In this document: positions 59,679 to 64,000 of the stretch, one piece after another | How positions within the stretch are numbered: position 1 is the first letter of the stretch | Layout of the letters: every line of letters starts with the position of its first letter | Origin: an uncultured virus (IMG/VR IMGVR_UViG_3300002835_000029) | Lineage: Duplodnaviria > Heunggongvirae > Uroviricota > Caudoviricetes | Length of the DNA: 64,000 bases | Virus record (IMG/VR): IMGVR_UViG_3300002835_000029 | Coordinates: 1-64,000 of that record | Strand: one strand, 5' to 3' | The notes under the pieces: model-generated | What the model was told of the DNA's origin: nothing | Databases searched by the model: none | What the model saw: only the letters and a program-made list of their open reading frames with translations | Program-made: the position numbers and the translations under genes

Positions 59679-60468
59679 TTACAGCACACCTTGGAATACT
59701 GAGCCGTTTTATATCAATGCTGCCCTCTCTAAGATAAATATCGAGTCTAAGATTTTCGATAGTAGAAGCAGCATATATGACGAATTTGATCTTTTCAAGC
59801 CGGATATTTTAATAACTCACATAAGCGGTGTTTCAAAAGATATGATACACTATATGTTATCCAATAAAAATATATCACTATTAATAAATATCAATAATAT
59901 AGATACTACATCATTAGAAGATTTTGCCGCCTCATTAAGTGACAAAAAAATAAATGCTAAATTTTTTGGAAATAGCAATCTTGAGCTAAAGAATGGCTCA
60001 TATATTAAAATACTAGAATCAGCAGATATATTTTTGAATTCTGGAAATGCTGAATATTCTATAGAAAAATTGATTTTTGTAGAAAAAGAAGAGGATATAG
60101 TGGAATTAGATGGAACTTATCATTACTCTTCATGGAATCATAAGTTAGCTGATAAAGTAGATTTTATTTTGCCTGTTCATGTTTTGAACACTTTATTCCG
60201 TAACTACAAAGAGATTGTGTTTAAGGGTAGATCATATATAGGTTCACAATTAGCTTTTAATTCTATATATAGTGGAACTAAGGTCACATTTGACACAAAA
60301 GACACCAAGGATCTAGATAAAATAGACGATATATTCAAGGGGCAAAAATTATTATCATCAGTAAAAAACAAGCACACTTGTTTACACAGACTAAAAACAC
60401 TATTAAATAGTTTACATATTGATGACAAAGCATCAGAACTTACTAAAATTATTGGAGAAATTAAATGA
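59659..60468 (+). CDS. Divergent GT-B/CgeB-like protein
   Basis: FKPDILI; C-terminal KHTCLHRL. Confidence 0.45.
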   Translation: MKFLISDYSTPWNTEPFYINAALSKINIESKIFDSRSSIYDEFDLFKPDILITHISGVSKDMIHYMLSNKNISLLININNIDTTSLEDFAASLSDKKINAKFFGNSNLELKNGSYIKILESADIFLNSGNAEYSIEKLIFVEKEEDIVELDGTYHYSSWNHKLADKVDFILPVHVLNTLFRNYKEIVFKGRSYIGSQLAFNSIYSGTKVTFDTKDTKDLDKIDDIFKGQKLLSSVKNKHTCLHRLKTLLNSLHIDDKASELTKIIGEIK

Positions 60469-61256
60469 GTAATCTAATTACTATAGTTCTTAGCGGATTC
60501 AAAAGGCCGCACGTTTTAAAGCAACAGTTTGAAGCCATCAAATCTCAAACAGTGAGTGATATAGATATAATGATGTGGGTCAATGTTGTTGATAATGTAC
60601 AATTTGACAGAGATATATTAAACCAGTGCAATACAATAATATCAAACACTGATTATGGTAGCTGGGGAAGATTTGCCGTAGCTTTAAATGCAAGAACTAA
60701 ATACGTGTGTGTAATTGATGATGATACCATTCCGGGTAAAAAGTGGCTAGAAAACTGTTTAAAAACATTGGAAACTCATAATGGTATATTGAGTACTAGG
60801 GGAGTAATAGCACACAAAGGTTATGACCTGACATACCCAGCACCAAAAAGCTATACAGCCGTTGGATGGTGTAATCCTAATGAAGAAACCGTAAGAGTAG
60901 ACATGGGTTGTCATTCTTGGTTCTTTGAAAAAAATTGGTTGAGAGCTTTCTGGGCAGAAATGCCGGATATAAATCCAATGAGATACGGAGAGGATACGCA
61001 TCTATCATTCGCTGTAAAAAGGCATTTTGGATTAAATACATATGTTCCACCGCACCCAAAAGGTGATATGGACATGTGGGGATCTATGCCAGAGACAGCA
61101 TTAAAATACGGTGAAGAGCCAGTAGCAATATCTATGGATTATCACGCAAATATTGGTATGAATAGATATTGGAACTTTGTGAGACAAATGGGATATACAA
61201 TAGCTGAAGAAGAATCAGAAAAGGAACAAAATGAAATTCACAACGCCACCGAATAA
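60465..61256 (+). CDS. GT-A glycosyltransferase
   Basis: FKRP, WGRF, CVIDDDTIPG, GED. Confidence 0.8.
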   Translation: MSNLITIVLSGFKRPHVLKQQFEAIKSQTVSDIDIMMWVNVVDNVQFDRDILNQCNTIISNTDYGSWGRFAVALNARTKYVCVIDDDTIPGKKWLENCLKTLETHNGILSTRGVIAHKGYDLTYPAPKSYTAVGWCNPNEETVRVDMGCHSWFFEKNWLRAFWAEMPDINPMRYGEDTHLSFAVKRHFGLNTYVPPHPKGDMDMWGSMPETALKYGEEPVAISMDYHANIGMNRYWNFVRQMGYTIAEEESEKEQNEIHNATE

Positions 61257-61971
61257 AGATTATAGAGAAGATATCAAGGTTTTAGAGTCTGCACTAAAGT
61301 CTAAGGATAATATAAGCTTTTCGAAGTTTTGTGATGGAGAATGGTCTGTCATGTGCAATCAACCAATAAACAATAAAGAGTTTTGGTTTGATCCTAATAA
61401 TGAGCAAGATCAATTGAAGAGACAAGAACTAATAAATGCTTTTCAATATAAAAATTCTAGATATTTTGTAGGAGTTACGTGCGTTAACGTTTTTGGCTTA
61501 GAAACTCACCAGCAAATGAAAGAGTTGTCCGGTCAAGAAGAAAGTCATTTGACATGGGCAGACATATGGGTAAATAGCAATTATAAATATTATATCAATA
61601 ACATATTGCCCCACTACAAGGAAAGACCCGTTGTTTTATTTTGTAATAAGAACGCTAAAATAGAACGTCTACCATTTAGACCTAAAATAGTTTTTCCGGT
61701 AGAGAACAATGCTTGGCAAAGCAATTGGGATCTAATTGAAAAAAGTAAGTCTATGATTACCGATAGAAACTTAAAAGATATGATATTCTTATTCTGTTGC
61801 GGGCCATTTGGTAATATATTGTGTTATGAACTAACTAAACACTGTGAAGACAATACATACCTAGATATTGGATCAACGCTGAATCCATTTTTACAATCCG
61901 CTGAATTTGATAGACATTATTATTTAGGAAACAATTATTTTTCAAACATGACAGGAGCGTGGGATCAATGA
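61231..61971 (+). CDS. GT-D fold (DUF1792-like) glycosyltransferase
   Basis: FSKFCDGE, CCGPFG, LDIGS. Confidence 0.7.
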   Translation: MKFTTPPNKDYREDIKVLESALKSKDNISFSKFCDGEWSVMCNQPINNKEFWFDPNNEQDQLKRQELINAFQYKNSRYFVGVTCVNVFGLETHQQMKELSGQEESHLTWADIWVNSNYKYYINNILPHYKERPVVLFCNKNAKIERLPFRPKIVFPVENNAWQSNWDLIEKSKSMITDRNLKDMIFLFCCGPFGNILCYELTKHCEDNTYLDIGSTLNPFLQSAEFDRHYYLGNNYFSNMTGAWDQ

Positions 61972-62453
61972 ATTTAGGAATATATATATCTAGATTATCA
62001 GATAAAGAACAACTACATTATATAAGCTCTCTAGTTAATAACAATATAAACAATAAATCAATACATGATATAAGTATCTTTTATGATGATGTAGATTTTA
62101 ATGAAAATCATACTCTGTGCGGAATGTTTAATTCAACAGACTTATGGAGTTTCAATGGAAATTTGATAGTCACATCATTAGAGGCTTTAGCAACGTCCTT
62201 AAAGGTAGTGAATAATATTAATATCTTTTACTATCATGGATGGAATGAAGAGAAGAATACTCTGAGATTGGTGACATCTGTACAAAATGTGCAAATTATA
62301 TCTAGATCAGAAAAAGACTCAAAAGAAATATATAGAATCACAGGTAAATGTCCAATAGGAATATCAGAAAATTTTAATGACATTATCAACTTAATAGCAA
62401 GGTGCGAAGATGAATACAAATCAAATAATAACGATGTATACCAAACAGCATAA
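61968..62453 (+). CDS. Hypothetical protein, possible GT-B fragment
   Basis: AGGAG SD; last gene of the island. Confidence 0.55.
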   Translation: MNLGIYISRLSDKEQLHYISSLVNNNINNKSIHDISIFYDDVDFNENHTLCGMFNSTDLWSFNGNLIVTSLEALATSLKVVNNINIFYYHGWNEEKNTLRLVTSVQNVQIISRSEKDSKEIYRITGKCPIGISENFNDIINLIARCEDEYKSNNNDVYQTA

Positions 62454-63177
62454 GAGTACTTATGAGATTGCGGAAGAGTTAAATACTTATCCCAATCGCA
62501 TAAGACGTATTCTTATCAAGAGTGGCGTTAATCTAAAGACTAAAAGTGAGGCGCAGAAGAATGCAATAGAGAGTGGAACTGCCACTCACCCAACTAGCGG
62601 CAAGATAAGAACACAAGAAGAAAAGCTAAAGATTAGTTCTGGTCTTAAAAAGTATTGGGATGATATGTCAGACGAAATATATGAATCTCGCGTAGCACAA
62701 TCAAAGAAAAGGTGGGAAGAATTATCCGACGTAGAAAAGGATAAAATGATGACTGCTGCTATTAAGAGTATTCAAATTGCTGGCAAAGAAGGATCTAAAT
62801 TAGAGAAATTTTTATACGAAGAAATAACTAGGGCAGGATATAGTGTTGAATATCACAAAAAGCACCTTATCCAAAATCACGACATGGAACTTGATATGTA
62901 CGTACCCTCCATCAAGACTATAATAGAGGTAGACGGCCCATCCCACTTTCTTCCGATATGGGGAGAAGAAAAGCTCCAGAAGCAAATTAAGGCCGATACG
63001 CAAAAGAGTGGTCTTATCTTAAGCAAAGGGATGGTTATTTTGAGAATAAAAAACTTATCTGACTCGGTTTGTTTAGCCGATAAGGAGAAGTTGAGACTTG
63101 ACATTTTAAAATGTTTGAGTAGAATAAAGGAGTCGTTCCCTCCAAAATCAGAAAGGTATATAGAGATTGAAATATGA
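62410..63177 (+). CDS. HTH plus Vsr/DUF559-like endonuclease (probable homing endonuclease)
   Basis: STYEIAEELNT..IRRIL; EEKLKIS; SKLE..LDMYVP..IEVDG..H. Confidence 0.75.
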   Translation: MNTNQIITMYTKQHKSTYEIAEELNTYPNRIRRILIKSGVNLKTKSEAQKNAIESGTATHPTSGKIRTQEEKLKISSGLKKYWDDMSDEIYESRVAQSKKRWEELSDVEKDKMMTAAIKSIQIAGKEGSKLEKFLYEEITRAGYSVEYHKKHLIQNHDMELDMYVPSIKTIIEVDGPSHFLPIWGEEKLQKQIKADTQKSGLILSKGMVILRIKNLSDSVCLADKEKLRLDILKCLSRIKESFPPKSERYIEIEI

Positions 63178-63929
63178 GTAATATTGAAAGTATTTTTGAA
63201 GAAGTGGTATTATCTTCACCTAGTAATACAAATACATCAGTTAAGGACGTTGTAGTGTCAGATGTTCCATCCATGCTTTCCCCAGAGTGGCATGACTACG
63301 CTATGACTCTATTCACTGAGTCAGAGATGGTTGATGGTCATCCTCTAGTTGCCGGTTTAAGGCGTGTAGCAGAGCTTGTGCTGGGTCCAATTATGTTTAG
63401 TGGCCCAACACAGGTCTTTCCAGTTCAAAGAGAAGATCATCATGGTAGAGCGACCGTCATATTTAGCGTAGAATTTGCTAATGGTATGAGGTATGCGGAA
63501 GTTGCAGACTCTTGGGAAGGCAACACTGATGACATGTTCTGTGCTTTTGCGGTTGCTATTGCTAGCACCAGAGCAGAAGCAAGGGCTTTGCGTAAGGCAC
63601 TAAAGATTAAGGGTGTTGCTGCCGAAGAACTAACTAAGAAGGATACAGCAAAGATCGTCAGGGATATTTCTAATACTAAGAATGCTAGCGAGGGCGAGTA
63701 TGACGATCAGAGTAGAATGAGTGATGCACAATACAACTTTATTGATGTAAAGTGTAAGCAACTCAATATTGATGGAGAGAAGCTATTTGCACGTTTTAGT
63801 GTTGATAGCGGAAAGAAAGTTTCTAAGAAGATCGCTAGTGAAATCATTGATTCACTAAACGATTACCAGCGTGATAAGAGTTCAATTCCACAAGATATTA
63901 TAGGCTATAAACAGGAGTGGCGTAAATGA
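63174..63929 (+). CDS. Hypothetical protein, possibly a Rad52/Sak-like annealing protein
   Basis: AVAIASTRAEARALRKAL resembles the SSAP core helix; weak. Confidence 0.4.
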   Translation: MSNIESIFEEVVLSSPSNTNTSVKDVVVSDVPSMLSPEWHDYAMTLFTESEMVDGHPLVAGLRRVAELVLGPIMFSGPTQVFPVQREDHHGRATVIFSVEFANGMRYAEVADSWEGNTDDMFCAFAVAIASTRAEARALRKALKIKGVAAEELTKKDTAKIVRDISNTKNASEGEYDDQSRMSDAQYNFIDVKCKQLNIDGEKLFARFSVDSGKKVSKKIASEIIDSLNDYQRDKSSIPQDIIGYKQEWRK

Positions 63930-64000
63930 AGATTCTATATACAACAAAGAATGGCAGACTACAGGCAGAAATAGAGGGCGAATCACAGAAGGATCTATTT
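63926..64000 (+). CDS. Partial ORF running off the window end
   Basis: ATGA overlap with AGGAG SD. Confidence 0.55.
   Translation, partial: MKILYTTKNGRLQAEIEGESQKDLF

Noticed and set aside
1..64000. Stop-codon reassignment as seen in some large phages
   Set aside because: Core genes are full-length in the standard code, and TAG and TGA end genes at sensible positions; no suppressor tRNA

Overview
AT-rich, densely coding 64-kb segment of a large tailed dsDNA bacteriophage. It uses the standard genetic code and all but one credible gene lie on the + strand. A Planctomycetota-like host is inferred from a Cys-rich exported peptide and related membrane proteins, but this is unproven. In order, the window holds small hypothetical genes, an exported thioredoxin, tmRNA, tRNA-Ser(ACU), HNH nucleases, thyX, rIIA/rIIB, guaC, dCMP deaminase, SSB, and a deaminase/deoxyribosyltransferase/GT4 trio. 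Next come a phage sigma factor and a late-looking block with a TM-PAS protein, a holin-like protein, a papain-family peptidase and two [Mtd_N fibre + trypsin protease] modules. Then follow nrdA/nrdB, dut, phoH, recA, dnaB, primase, dNMP kinase, a Cas4-like nuclease, an intein-free split DnaE with a DEDDh exonuclease gene between the halves, and a ~9-kb glycosyltransferase island. The strongest leads are a possible PAS-gated protease-based lysis cassette, the duplicated fibre-plus-protease modules, the A34 Ser tRNA, the three-gene Pol III core, CCWGG avoidance and a GTGTATA promoter candidate. All assignments come from motif recognition by eye; no searches were run.
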